From the IMG/VR virus record IMGVR_UViG_3300025924_000017, positions 64,001 to 128,000 of that record: a stretch of DNA of 64,000 nucleotides; one strand, given 5' to 3'. The notes under the pieces were generated by a model. The model saw only the letters and a program-made list of their open reading frames with translations. It made no database searches and had not been told where the DNA came from. This DNA comes from a virus. Lineage: Duplodnaviria; Caudoviricetes. The translations under genes were made by a program, and so were the position numbers. Positions 1 through 9,504 of this stretch are shown here, piece by piece (position 1 is the first letter of the stretch; each line of letters begins with the position of its first letter).

Positions 1-1
1 C

Positions 2-160
2 GATTATGCCCGCGTTCTCGACGTCTCAACGCATGGCAAGCGGACTCCGCTTACGCTCGCCTTGCGCGCCTTTGGTCAAGCCTTGGACAATTTCGCGCGG
101 ACTGATTACGCGGCTGCGCAATCCGACCTTGCCATGACAGAACGTCTCCTGAAACCCTGA
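2..160 (+). CDS. 3' end of hypothetical protein (truncated by window)
   Basis: Open frame DYARVLDV...ERLLKP ending TGA at 160, followed by a terminator-like hairpin. Confidence 0.5.
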   Translation, partial: DYARVLDVSTHGKRTPLTLALRAFGQALDNFARTDYAAAQSDLAMTERLLKP

Positions 161-181
161 GGCGCAAGGCGCGGCACAAAC

Positions 182-212
182 AAGGCGCGGCGATATCGCC
201 GCGCCTTTTTGC
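182..212 (+). terminator. Intrinsic terminator
   Basis: AAGGCGCGGCG-ATAT-CGCCGCGCCTT followed by T run. Confidence 0.7.
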
Positions 213-447
213 TTTAGAGCCGCTAGGAACGTTCCAGAGAGGCGCGCCGCAATCGGCCGCCACGATAGGACGCGCGCCGCTTGCGCCTGTCAGTGACGCG
301 CTAATGAGGCGCGCCGCATGCGATAACCCAACGTTCACTATTCGCGACACTGGCAAAAATAAATGGCACGCGAGTGTTGACAATACAGATTGCGGGTTTA
401 GATTGATGGTCACGCGGCGATTGCCGCGCCAACAAACGGAGTCGCAA

Positions 448-675
448 ATGCAAAAATTCATTCCCGCTAATCCGAATGCAAACGCTTTCGACGCGCGCGA
501 CGTCGCGCGCGAAAATGCGGACTTTGGCGAGTCGATTGATCGCGGGCTCGACGCGATCCGCGCGGGCTTGGTCCGCGCCCAAACGGCAGGCATGGCGCGC
601 CGCTGGGAACTCGCAATGGCAGCGGCCGTAGGTATCGCGGCGTTTGCCCTTCTGTCCCATTACGGGATTGTCTAA
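448..675 (+). CDS. Hypothetical membrane protein
   Basis: GGAG upstream of ATG 448; hydrophobic C-terminus. Confidence 0.55.
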   Translation: MQKFIPANPNANAFDARDVARENADFGESIDRGLDAIRAGLVRAQTAGMARRWELAMAAAVGIAAFALLSHYGIV

Positions 676-902
676 GGGTTAACGCCGTCCCAAAAAGAGA
701 CAACGAGGGGACCCAAGGGGGCACCCCGTTGTCTCATTTTTGGACGGCCGCGTCCGGTGCGTACGGATCGCGCAGTATTTTTGAAATCATCCGCCTACGG
801 ACATTCAGAGCCGACCCGGCAGAAAAAAAAAAACGAGGGCAGGGGACCCGGCCCCACCCCCGTTGTTCGCGTACCCCTCCGAAAAGACACTCTTCGGACG
901 AT

Positions 903-1184
903 TCAATTTTTATCGCGCGGCAGGTCCTCGTTGAAGCTCTGCCCGCGCTCGATCCAGTAGACCAACTTGTCCACCATCGCACCCGAATGCCTGAGCGTCT
1001 TCGCGACGCTGGTGAGCATCCTTTTGTCCATGCGCACAAAGCCGTCCTTCGATCTCGCCACCTCGCCTTCGAGAGAAGCCGCCATGCGGATCAGAAGCGC
1101 CGCACCCTCCATGATCTGGATCGCCGAGACGTTGACGTCGGATACGGCGTCGTTGCGTAGACGCGGTGGAATTCTCTTTTTCAT
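903..1184 (-). CDS. Hypothetical protein
   Basis: MKKRIPPR start overlaps the stop of the upstream minus-strand gene (ATGA coupling). Confidence 0.6.
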   Translation of the reverse strand: MKKRIPPRLRNDAVSDVNVSAIQIMEGAALLIRMAASLEGEVARSKDGFVRMDKRMLTSVAKTLRHSGAMVDKLVYWIERGQSFNEDLPRDKN

Positions 1185-1945
1185 GGCTTGCGGTCCAGAC
1201 GGAAGTCTTCCATCACGGCATCGCCGTCCATGATCACATAGCCGGGCGCGGGCGTGGCCTTGCGGGAGCCGTCGAGCGGGATCGTCGCTCCGCGCTTGAT
1301 GGTGTCGGCGGGATAGACGTAGAGCGGGTGCGGATTGCCCAGCGTACCGACGCTCGCCTCGACCCAGCCCGCGTCGGCCGTGTCGATCAGAAGCGTCGCA
1401 TGCCCGGCCCACGATCCGTCTTCCTTCTTGACCCACATCAACTGGAGCTTCATCTCGGCGCCGTCCTGACCCCGCGCTGCCAGCAACTCGCTCAACGTCA
1501 GCGCGTAGTCCTCGCAGTCACCGCAGACCGTCCAGTTGCGCCAATGGTCTTCGAAACCGGCGGTCGCCCAGTCCGAGCGGTACTTGAACTGGTAGCGCAG
1601 ATAGAAATCGACCTGCCACGCCTCCTCGACCGTCAGCTTCTTGCCGGTCGTATGCCCGGCGCAGATCACCGCCGCCGGTGTTCGCCGACACAGATCGGGG
1701 AACGCATCGAATGCGAGCAGCAGCGGCTCGTGATCCTGCGTGGCGTCCGCTTCGGCTTTTTCGTTGCGCTTGGTCCACTCCACCGGTGGGGCAACTTCGT
1801 TGGGACAGTCGCTAAATCCCCACATCGTCTCGAACGGCAGGTGCAGGGGATTGGTGACGTCGTTGGGTGATGCCGAGGTCGGGACGCCGAGGAGCGTGCC
1901 GCCAATGGTGAGCGCGACGAGCGCGCGGGTGAGCCACGTTGTCAT
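1181..1945 (-). CDS. Secreted transglutaminase-like cysteine proteinase (BTLCP/C93, LapG-like)
   Basis: N-terminal signal peptide; CGDCEDYAL and GHATLL motifs typical of BTLCP. Confidence 0.75.
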   Translation of the reverse strand: MTTWLTRALVALTIGGTLLGVPTSASPNDVTNPLHLPFETMWGFSDCPNEVAPPVEWTKRNEKAEADATQDHEPLLLAFDAFPDLCRRTPAAVICAGHTTGKKLTVEEAWQVDFYLRYQFKYRSDWATAGFEDHWRNWTVCGDCEDYALTLSELLAARGQDGAEMKLQLMWVKKEDGSWAGHATLLIDTADAGWVEASVGTLGNPHPLYVYPADTIKRGATIPLDGSRKATPAPGYVIMDGDAVMEDFRLDRKP

Positions 1946-2007
1946 GATTGTCGTGAATCGTGACACACAATGTCACGATTGACAACAATTAAAGGCGGCG
2001 CAGGACA

Positions 2008-2051
2008 TAAAAGCAAAACCCCGTCTCGGCGGTGTTGACCGGGACGGGGTT
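2008..2051 (-). terminator. Intrinsic terminator on minus strand
   Basis: 13-bp stem AACCCCGTCTCGG/CCGGGACGGGGTT with A-rich run on plus side (U tract on minus). Confidence 0.6.
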
Positions 2052-2307
2052 CGCTACAAGCGCCGCAGGGTTGGGGGAAGAGCGGCGCGGGGTGATACAG
2101 TGAAAAAGTCTTATCTACAGGGAGTTTTTCAAGAGGGGGTCTAGCGGTTCAGGAAGGCACGCTCTCCATCGTTGGGTTGATGTCCGTGTTGATGAGAGGA
2201 CCCTAGGGGCACGTCGGGCGTCGGTCAAGCACAAAGTTATGAATGACGACATAAATCGTCGCTGCGCCGCAATATGTGACTCGCCTCCGCACCCGGTACG
2301 CCGGAAT

Positions 2308-2340
2308 GCCATAATTCTTGACACTTTCCCCGATACATGA
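2308..2340 (+). promoter_or_regulatory. Promoter-like site upstream of portal
   Basis: GCCATAATTCTTGACA, a member of a motif family repeated before many genes. Confidence 0.5.
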
Positions 2341-2458
2341 GATGCCAATGTCTCACGTTGTGCCGTCGCTTTGTTCGTCGCCGCAACGTTCTTTCGTCTG
2401 TGACAACTCCAAGGCGGCGCGCGGTCAAAAACGCGTTCCGCCTCCTTTCCCAAAGCCG

Positions 2459-4276
2459 ATGGCCGGTCAAGTCCCCAACTCCCAGAATATCTCACGCGTT
2501 GGCGTGGGCGCAGCCGACTCCACCACGGTCGCCGTCCATCCCGAATACTATTACTGGCTGAACGAGTGGCAGAAAATCCGCGACGTGATCGCGGGACAGC
2601 GCGAGATCAAGCGCAAAGGGCGCGTCTACCTCAAGGGTCCGCCGAAGATGGACTCGGACGACTACGAGACCTATCTCGAACGCGCCACCTTCTACAACAT
2701 GACCCGTCAGACCGTGAACGGCATGGTCGGTCAGGCGTTCTCCCGCGATCCGCTCATTCTCGGGATGCCGGATGATTTCAAGAATGCCATCCGTCTCAAG
2801 TTCGGCAAGGATGGCTCCGGTCACGTCGTCTTCGCCAAGACCGTCTTCAGCGAACAGGTGAGCATGGGACGCTACGGCGTTCTCGTCGATGCCCCGGAGA
2901 CGGCCTCGACCACACCGACCTCGTTCGCGGTCGGCTATGCCGCCGAGAACATCCTCGACTGGGACATTCAGGACGTCGGCGGCGAATACCAGCCGACGCG
3001 CATCCTGCTCCGCGAGTTCAAGCGCCAGCGCAGTCAGCCGCAGGCGCCCCAGAAGCCCGGCGCCCCCAACAAACGTGGCATGCCGGTCAAGCGCAGCGAT
3101 GCGCTCAGCACCGCACGTTACACCCAGCCCTCCGGCGCCTTCATCGAGAGCTTCACCTATGCGACGGTCTATCGCGACCTCGTGCTTGAAGCGCAGGACG
3201 CCGGACCGCCGGTCTACAAGCAGTACCTCTACAATGAATCGCCCACCGGCACGCCAGTGTCCGAGAGCACACCGCTGTTGCGCGGCCAACCGCTCAACTT
3301 CATCCCCTTCAAGTTCTTCGGCGCCCAGTACAACACCGCCGATGTGGAAGCGCCGCCGGTGCTCGACATCGTCGATCTCAACCTCAGCCACTATCGCACC
3401 TACGCCGAACTGGAGTGGGGCCGGATGTATACCGCGCTGCCGGTCTACTACGCGCCGGTCAGCGACGGCGAAGGCGCGGGCGATTACATCGTCGGACCTT
3501 CGGTCGTCTGGGAAGTCGAGCCGGATCAGGAACCCGGCATCCTCGAATACAAGGGCGACGGCCTGAAGACGCTGGAGTCCGCACTCCAGACCAAGGAACA
3601 GCAGATCGCCGCCATCGGCGGTCGCATGATGCCGGGCCACACCGCCAAGGGCTCCGCCTCGGCCGAAGAAACCGAACGCTCGGCCCAGAGTGAGCAGGCC
3701 CTCATCCTCCACGCCCTGCAAGCCTGCGAAGCCGGTATGACCGACTGCATTCGCTGGTGGCTGATGTGGCGCGACGTCGCGCTCGCCGACTCCGAGGATG
3801 TCGAATACTCCATGAACCGCATCTTCGGTGATGCGAGACTCGACGCACGTGCCATGCGCGTGTTCCAGCAGCTTCACGACGAAGGCAAGCTGCCCATCGA
3901 GATCATCTACAACGCCGTCATCGCCACCGGCTTCATGGACCCGGAGACGACGCTCGAAGAGTTCATCGACTCGCTCAACGATCCTGCGAACTTCCCGAAC
4001 AACCCGGACGTCGTGGCTCGCCAGCAGGGCTTCACCTCACGCCAGCAGCAACTCGATCAGCGCACTGTGGATCGCGAGGCTGGTATGCAGCAGCAGGAAA
4101 TCGATCTGCAAGAACGCGAGGTCGAGCTTATGGAGAACGCGCCGCCGCCGTTGCCACCCAAGACACCGAACCCGGCTGGCGCCGCACTCCCGGCGCGCGC
4201 CGGTGGACCGGTGCCGCCCAAGCCGGGCCGTGGCGGCAACAAGACTTCCAAGCCGAAACCGGGAGCAGGCGGTTGA
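2459..4276 (+). CDS. Portal protein (DUF4055-type)
   Basis: YLERATFYNMTRQTVNGMVG, GRYGVLVD, PPVLDIVDLNLSHYR motifs; ATG 2459 preferred because track start 2318 coincides with TTGACA. Confidence 0.9.
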   Translation: MAGQVPNSQNISRVGVGAADSTTVAVHPEYYYWLNEWQKIRDVIAGQREIKRKGRVYLKGPPKMDSDDYETYLERATFYNMTRQTVNGMVGQAFSRDPLILGMPDDFKNAIRLKFGKDGSGHVVFAKTVFSEQVSMGRYGVLVDAPETASTTPTSFAVGYAAENILDWDIQDVGGEYQPTRILLREFKRQRSQPQAPQKPGAPNKRGMPVKRSDALSTARYTQPSGAFIESFTYATVYRDLVLEAQDAGPPVYKQYLYNESPTGTPVSESTPLLRGQPLNFIPFKFFGAQYNTADVEAPPVLDIVDLNLSHYRTYAELEWGRMYTALPVYYAPVSDGEGAGDYIVGPSVVWEVEPDQEPGILEYKGDGLKTLESALQTKEQQIAAIGGRMMPGHTAKGSASAEETERSAQSEQALILHALQACEAGMTDCIRWWLMWRDVALADSEDVEYSMNRIFGDARLDARAMRVFQQLHDEGKLPIEIIYNAVIATGFMDPETTLEEFIDSLNDPANFPNNPDVVARQQGFTSRQQQLDQRTVDREAGMQQQEIDLQEREVELMENAPPPLPPKTPNPAGAALPARAGGPVPPKPGRGGNKTSKPKPGAGG

Positions 4277-4467
4277 GCGTAGTTCTTGGCTGGTGGTTGA
4301 TGCCATCGTTCATCACGGTTGCCGCATGGGTCTGGGTGTTCACCAGACCGCCGCAACCGCGCAGTGGTTGGTACGATTTTGACATCATGCCTGCCGTCCG
4401 CGCCGTCTGCGCAGTGATCGTGATGCTTGCAAGCTGGCTGATCTACTTCATGGCTCAGGTACTCTGA
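4273..4467 (+). CDS. Small membrane protein
   Basis: Two hydrophobic segments; overlaps portal stop. Confidence 0.6.
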   Translation: MSVVLGWWLMPSFITVAAWVWVFTRPPQPRSGWYDFDIMPAVRAVCAVIVMLASWLIYFMAQVL

Positions 4468-4479
4468 TGCAAGGCGGTC

Positions 4480-4881
4480 ATGGATGGGTCACCAAACGGC
4501 CTGATGGCATGGTCGCGCGCTGCGGCGGACCGAAACTCTGCAAAGAATGTCAGCGCGAAGCAGGTCTACTCAAAGGCCGGGTTCCAGCCACGACGGGCCG
4601 CGTCGAAGACCCCAACCAACTCGATCTTCCCTTCTAACAACACCGACATCAGCACCATGGGCCGCAAGTCACATTACGACAGCCTCGACGATCTCTATGC
4701 AGAACTCGACCACGAGTCGATCTTCGATGAGGATGATCCGGAACCGCTGGACGAATCCGATCTCGCGCTTTTGAACACTCGCGATAGCCAACCGCGTAAC
4801 GTCAAAACCAAGACGCGCAAGCCCCGGACTCCGAAACCGGCGCCCGCCAAGAAGACGCGGCGCCCGGCATCACGAAAATAA
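4480..4881 (+). CDS. Hypothetical protein (start may be 4657)
   Basis: Acidic middle and basic tail; ORF track. Confidence 0.5.
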   Translation: MDGSPNGLMAWSRAAADRNSAKNVSAKQVYSKAGFQPRRAASKTPTNSIFPSNNTDISTMGRKSHYDSLDDLYAELDHESIFDEDDPEPLDESDLALLNTRDSQPRNVKTKTRKPRTPKPAPAKKTRRPASRK

Positions 4882-4969
4882 TTCTGACGCGATCCTTGAC
4901 ACTCTTCCGAGCGTGTGTCACCAATCGCGACATCAACGTCGAAACTCCCCGAAAGGAACCACCCCGACT

Positions 4970-5359
4970 ATGACTTGGAATACCAACACCGCCATCGGAA
5001 TCGCCGGTGTCGTGGCCGCCGCCATTCTGGCGGTTTGGCTCGGCGTCTCGATCCTTACCACCCTCATCGTACTGCTCGTCGTTCTCGCCGTCATCTACTT
5101 CGTCACGCCGGTTCGCACCGTCGTCTTCGGCTGGCTCGGCTGGACCGAGCCTTCTCCGTCCGAACTCTTCGCCACGGCCGTCGCCGACGTCGAAGCCATC
5201 GCGACGAAGTTCGAGAACGCCGCCAAGGGTCTCTACGATGAAGTCACCGGCCATCAGGCCGATGCCGCCGAGGCGACGAAGCTCGCCGACGACAAGCAGA
5301 AGCTTGCCGACCGTGCGACGGCCGCTGCGGCAAATCACAAGGCGCTGATCGGCGCATAA
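4970..5359 (+). CDS. Membrane-anchored coiled-coil protein
   Basis: AAGGA RBS; two TM segments then Ala/Lys-rich helix. Confidence 0.75.
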   Translation: MTWNTNTAIGIAGVVAAAILAVWLGVSILTTLIVLLVVLAVIYFVTPVRTVVFGWLGWTEPSPSELFATAVADVEAIATKFENAAKGLYDEVTGHQADAAEATKLADDKQKLADRATAAAANHKALIGA

Positions 5360-5385
5360 GCGCACCTCCTCATTGATCAGCCTTT

Positions 5386-5430
5386 TACGGCGCGCGGTGT
5401 GGTCATTCTCCGCGCGCCGTTTGCCTTTTT
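5386..5430 (+). terminator. Intrinsic terminator
   Basis: ACGGCGCGCGG...CCGCGCGCCGT stem then T-rich run. Confidence 0.6.
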
Positions 5431-5443
5431 GTAGAGGCACCAT

Positions 5444-5749
5444 GTGACCCACTTCCTCGCCGCCGCGCTTGCAGTCTCCTTCTGGGTGACGACACCTTCC
5501 GTTGGCCCCGCACCGAACTACCATCAGCCGGATGGCCTGATCGCCGAGAGTGTGAACTGCGATCAATGGGAACGCGTAGACAGCGAGACGTGGCGCGCCG
5601 AAGGTAAGGCCGTCGTCAAGTTCTACGACGAACCGGATATCGTCCTGCACCGCATCGACGTGACCCAGACCTTTGCCGACGATCTGTTCTGGACGATAGA
5701 GGATGCCTGCAATGAAGAGGCCTACGGCGCGCTCTATGACGACGAGTAA
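5444..5749 (+). CDS. Hypothetical secreted protein
   Basis: GAGG RBS, signal-peptide-like start. Confidence 0.6.
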   Translation: MTHFLAAALAVSFWVTTPSVGPAPNYHQPDGLIAESVNCDQWERVDSETWRAEGKAVVKFYDEPDIVLHRIDVTQTFADDLFWTIEDACNEEAYGALYDDE

Positions 5750-5990
5750 CCTCCACGAACCGTCGCTGGCGCGCAAGATGCGCGAGCTTGCGCAGAAGAA
5801 AACCGACGCGGGCGATCTCGGATTGGCGTACAGCCTCAACGTCCAAGCCGATATGTTCGAACTGGCTGCTGCGAATTTCCAACTCGGGACCGGCACGGCG
5901 GAAGGTCTGCTCCTGTCGTGGCGCAAAGCGCGCAAGCTCTTCATGGATGCGCAGAAGCCGACCAATGGTCTGCCATCGAGTTGGTCATGA
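5736..5990 (+). CDS. Hypothetical protein
   Basis: Tightly packed operon, phage-like codon use. Confidence 0.55.
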   Translation: MTTSNLHEPSLARKMRELAQKKTDAGDLGLAYSLNVQADMFELAAANFQLGTGTAEGLLLSWRKARKLFMDAQKPTNGLPSSWS

Positions 5991-6193
5991 TGCGCGCGTT
6001 GTGGTCGCGCTGGGTCGGTTGCTGGAAGTGGTTCGATAGTCTTTCCGCGCCCGGCATCGATCCCCATGAGGCCATGATCCAATACCAGTTGATGCAAATC
6101 CGCAAAGCCGACGAAGCCAAGCGGGGCGCCGACAATCCCCTGTACCCACTTTACGCACAGCTTGACGATGGACACTCCAACACCTCCGCATAA
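5987..6193 (+). CDS. Hypothetical protein
   Basis: ATGA coupling to upstream ORF. Confidence 0.55.
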   Translation: MMRALWSRWVGCWKWFDSLSAPGIDPHEAMIQYQLMQIRKADEAKRGADNPLYPLYAQLDDGHSNTSA

Positions 6194-6524
6194 ACTCGCA
6201 CTCGTTCTTCCCAAGACGTGCTTCAAGCAGGACGGCTCGCGCCGCTGGTTCCGCACGATGTTGCGGTTCCTCAACGTCGTCGAACCCGGCCCCGAAGTCG
6301 TACTCTCATGGACCCGCGTCGGCATGGCGCTCGCGATCCTGACGATGACGTTCTCCATCATCTTCCTCACGGTCTTCTCGCCGGGCAATCTCGCCGCGAT
6401 GATCGGTGCGGTCGTCGGCGCGGCGCCCTTCGTCGTCAATTATATTCACCAGCGCCGCTGCGATATGAAAACCGGAGGCAACCCGAACTCGACGGGCGAG
6501 ATCGCGCAAGGCGATTCGCAGTGA
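6168..6524 (+). CDS. Membrane protein (two TM segments)
   Basis: Hydrophobic helices GMALAILTMTFSIIFLTVF and LAAMIGAVVGAAPFVV. Confidence 0.6.
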   Translation: MDTPTPPHKLALVLPKTCFKQDGSRRWFRTMLRFLNVVEPGPEVVLSWTRVGMALAILTMTFSIIFLTVFSPGNLAAMIGAVVGAAPFVVNYIHQRRCDMKTGGNPNSTGEIAQGDSQ

Positions 6525-6781
6525 GCCCCACACGCTACCCCAACCGACCCGACCAAGTTCCACGCGAGCCGCACTTCGCCATCGTCAAAGGCAGCAACCA
6601 TGAGGATGGCTATGGCGGCACGTCCTACCATCTGACCTACGAGGCCTTCTTCAACCGCGCCGACTGGGAAGCCGAGATCAACAGGCTGGAGCAAGAGCGC
6701 AACTTCGCGACGCCTTATGTCGCCCTCGATGTCCGTCCGGCGCGTGTCGAGCGCAAAGTCATCACCACCGTCGCCGAATAG
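6521..6781 (+). CDS. Hypothetical protein
   Basis: GTGA coupling. Confidence 0.6.
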   Translation: MSPTRYPNRPDQVPREPHFAIVKGSNHEDGYGGTSYHLTYEAFFNRADWEAEINRLEQERNFATPYVALDVRPARVERKVITTVAE

Positions 6782-6794
6782 TCTGTTTCTTTTC

Positions 6795-6821
6795 TTGACA
6801 TCATTGTCGTAATTCGCGACA
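6795..6821 (+). promoter_or_regulatory. Promoter-like motif of the same class as the tRNA-leader promoters
   Basis: TTGACA-TCATTGTC-GTAATTCGC-GACA. Confidence 0.5.
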
Positions 6822-6852
6822 GTCACCGCGAACTGAGCACCCCGAGCAACGT

Positions 6853-7695
6853 TTGTCCCTTTATCACCTATACGAATACGACCCCGACCTCCACAAAACC
6901 GCCAACGAAGTAGCTGGCTGCGTGCGTGAGTTCGGTGAGGCCGGTCTGGAATCATCCGCGATCAAGGCACTTGCGGATGCCTACCTCGATCTTCTCGAAA
7001 AGCGCGGACTGCCGCCGAAGCTCTTCATCGAGCCTTCGATCCAGCTTTGCAGCGGGCGCTACTTCAACTTCCTCGACCCCGACGCGACGCCGGTCACACC
7101 GGAAGAGATCGCGCACGCACTCGGCAATGTCGCGCGCTGTGCCGGTCACACCATCTTCGATATGCCGGTCCCGGTAGGCCAGCACTGCGTCCTCGCATCA
7201 CGCGCGGCGCCCGCGCCGTTCAAGTTCGAGGCGTTGATGCACGACGCCGTCGAGGCCTTCACCGGCGATGTCACCACGCCGCTCAAGCAGTGCCTTGCCG
7301 ACTTCAAGCGCATCGAGAAATACTGCGAGCATTCCGTTCGCCGCCAATATCTTCTGCCGCTCGAAATGTCGCCCGAGGTGAAAGCCATCGACGTTCGTAT
7401 GGCCTGCACCGAGAAACGCGACTGCCTGCCGCCCGATCCGCCGGGCGAGGGCTGGGAAATGCTGGAAGGCATCGATCCCTACGAGATCATCATCACGCCG
7501 TGGAGCGCGAAGCAGGCGAAGACGCGTTGGCTCGCGGAGTTCAACGCACTCTGGCCCGAACACATGGCGCGCAACCTCCCGCGTGAGAGCGATCAGCGCG
7601 AAGACGCGGCTTGGCCTTCCTTCTCCATTGAAGCCCGCCGCGAACTGGCGACGCGCCTCGGCCTCTACGACCCCGTCACTCAGGATATTCCATAA
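6853..7695 (+). CDS. HD-domain phosphohydrolase (YfbR/YfdR-like 5'-deoxynucleotidase)
   Basis: IAHALGNVARCAGH, VGQHCVL, LMHDAVEAFTGDVTTPLK motifs. Confidence 0.85.
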   Translation: MSLYHLYEYDPDLHKTANEVAGCVREFGEAGLESSAIKALADAYLDLLEKRGLPPKLFIEPSIQLCSGRYFNFLDPDATPVTPEEIAHALGNVARCAGHTIFDMPVPVGQHCVLASRAAPAPFKFEALMHDAVEAFTGDVTTPLKQCLADFKRIEKYCEHSVRRQYLLPLEMSPEVKAIDVRMACTEKRDCLPPDPPGEGWEMLEGIDPYEIIITPWSAKQAKTRWLAEFNALWPEHMARNLPRESDQREDAAWPSFSIEARRELATRLGLYDPVTQDIP

Positions 7696-8750
7696 TGGAT
7701 CAGAAGAAGCTCGACGAGCTTTCCGCCTATGCGCACCTCGTCGTTGATCGCATGACACCCGCCGAGAAGCAGCGCTTGATCGCCAATGAAGACAAGCCGC
7801 GTCCGGTGTTGGCCGCCAGTGGCGAATGTCAGCTTGGCGATCTGATCCCCGCCGACGAGCCTGTCACATCTTTTCCGCCCACGTGTCATCATCCGATGAC
7901 AGATCGGCCCTGCGTGCTCGATCTGAAGGTCGGCGCCGTGCGCCCGCATTACAACCTGACGATCAAAACACCGAACGCGGATGCGTTCAGAGGCGCCCGG
8001 CGTTTCCCGCCGCCGCGTATGCGCCCACGTGGTCAGCCGGACGCGAACGCGTTCCCGAAGTCCCTCCAGCCGCAAGTCGATGTCGATGACGTGATCGCCG
8101 GACTGGACGCGGGGCTTTCAGCAAACGACGCGATCAAGCAGGCCCGGAAGAAGTTTCGCGATTCCAATGCGAAGCCTCTGTTCGAAGCTTGCCGACACGA
8201 GCGTTCCGGATATGCAGCGGCCTATGATGTTTCGACGGACACGTCCGGCGGCACCGACGAGCCCTCCAAGCCGCTGATCGAACCCAACCGTCACCACCGC
8301 TCCGGCTACTTCACCGGCGGCGTGGTCAAAGCGGCCGATGCGCCGTCATTCTCTTCCGGCGACAAGACCTTCGAGGACTGCAAAGCGCGGTTCACCAACC
8401 TCGCGAACTTTAGCTGTGCTCCGAGTTTCCATGAAATCTCCGAAGCAACCGACGACGGAGTCACTCGCGCCCAGTTCCACCACGCTATGGACGCGCTCTG
8501 GTCTGAGTTCGAATACGTCAACAACCTCCCGCGCCGCACCGCCGACGAGGCGAAGGATGCCGCAGGCTTCGCCACGCTGATCCGGCGCTACCTGCGTCAC
8601 CTCGAAGATCATTGGGCCGACTACCCCGGCGAAGTTCAGCCCGAAGGCAACGTCGCCGTCCCCCAATGCCTGCACGACCTGCGCAAACTCGCTGCCATGG
8701 CCGTGCGCGGAATGATCATCTGCGGAATTCGTCCGCGTCAAACCTCCTAA
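7695..8750 (+). CDS. Hypothetical protein
   Basis: 351 aa ORF coupled to HD gene. Confidence 0.75.
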   Translation: MDQKKLDELSAYAHLVVDRMTPAEKQRLIANEDKPRPVLAASGECQLGDLIPADEPVTSFPPTCHHPMTDRPCVLDLKVGAVRPHYNLTIKTPNADAFRGARRFPPPRMRPRGQPDANAFPKSLQPQVDVDDVIAGLDAGLSANDAIKQARKKFRDSNAKPLFEACRHERSGYAAAYDVSTDTSGGTDEPSKPLIEPNRHHRSGYFTGGVVKAADAPSFSSGDKTFEDCKARFTNLANFSCAPSFHEISEATDDGVTRAQFHHAMDALWSEFEYVNNLPRRTADEAKDAAGFATLIRRYLRHLEDHWADYPGEVQPEGNVAVPQCLHDLRKLAAMAVRGMIICGIRPRQTS

Positions 8751-8759
8751 AGGAACACC

Positions 8760-9116
8760 ATGCTTAGCAAACACCTCGTCGAACAAATCGCCCGCGTCTG
8801 TTACGCCGCTGCCACCACGTGGGACGAATCGCACGGCGCCGACCCCGCCCCGGCGTGGGAAGACGCCGACGAAGCGACCGTCCAGAGTCTCACCAAGCGC
8901 ATCAATGTGACGCTCGCCGATCCGCGCGGCGGCGACGGCACCTACCACAATACGTGGGTCGCCGAGATGCGTGAGAACGGCTGGTGCGCGGGCTCCGACT
9001 ACGACGCCAAGCGAAAGATCGACCCGCAGATGGTGCAGTTCCACATGCTGACGCCCTTTCAGAAAGCCCGCGAGCGCATGTTCCGCTCGATCATCATCGC
9101 ACTGAGCCGGGTCTGA
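8760..9116 (+). CDS. RyR-domain-like protein
   Basis: IARVCY...HNTWVAEMRENGW...K.DPQMVQFHMLTPFQKARERMF resembles RyR repeat. Confidence 0.65.
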   Translation: MLSKHLVEQIARVCYAAATTWDESHGADPAPAWEDADEATVQSLTKRINVTLADPRGGDGTYHNTWVAEMRENGWCAGSDYDAKRKIDPQMVQFHMLTPFQKARERMFRSIIIALSRV

Positions 9117-9310
9117 TGCTGCACGAATTTATTTACGTGGATGGCATCGGCTCTATGAGGGGCACCGTTCGCGTGGAGAAGATCGTTGCCAACAATGAAA
9201 GCCGAGACGGCCTTGCCTGCATCGACATGGGCAGCGGTGCTCGCACCACATCGACCGAATACAAGCCCGCGCTGTTGCTCTGGGCGCAGGCATTGAAAGA
9301 AGCCTCCTGA
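9116..9310 (+). CDS. Hypothetical protein
   Basis: TGATG coupling. Confidence 0.5.
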   Translation: MLHEFIYVDGIGSMRGTVRVEKIVANNESRDGLACIDMGSGARTTSTEYKPALLLWAQALKEAS

Positions 9311-9504
9311 TGATCGTCGTGATCACACACTCCGATACCAAACGTCGCGTGGCCTTCCGTGCCGTAGAAATCCGCACTGTCGAAGAACAAGAGGACGGCA
9401 GTGCTCGCGTCGAGACTTATCGGAATGCCGATGGCTTGATCTCTACGAGCGAGCCCTTCGCAGACGTTCTTCTCACGTGGAAGCAGGGGCTCGAAGGTGG
9501 CTGA
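9310..9504 (+). CDS. Hypothetical protein
   Basis: TGATG coupling. Confidence 0.6.
   Translation: MIVVITHSDTKRRVAFRAVEIRTVEEQEDGSARVETYRNADGLISTSEPFADVLLTWKQGLEGG

Noticed and set aside
2318-2458. Long N-terminal extension of the portal in the ORF track
   Set aside because: The TTG start is part of the TTGACA promoter motif; ATG 2459 is more plausible.
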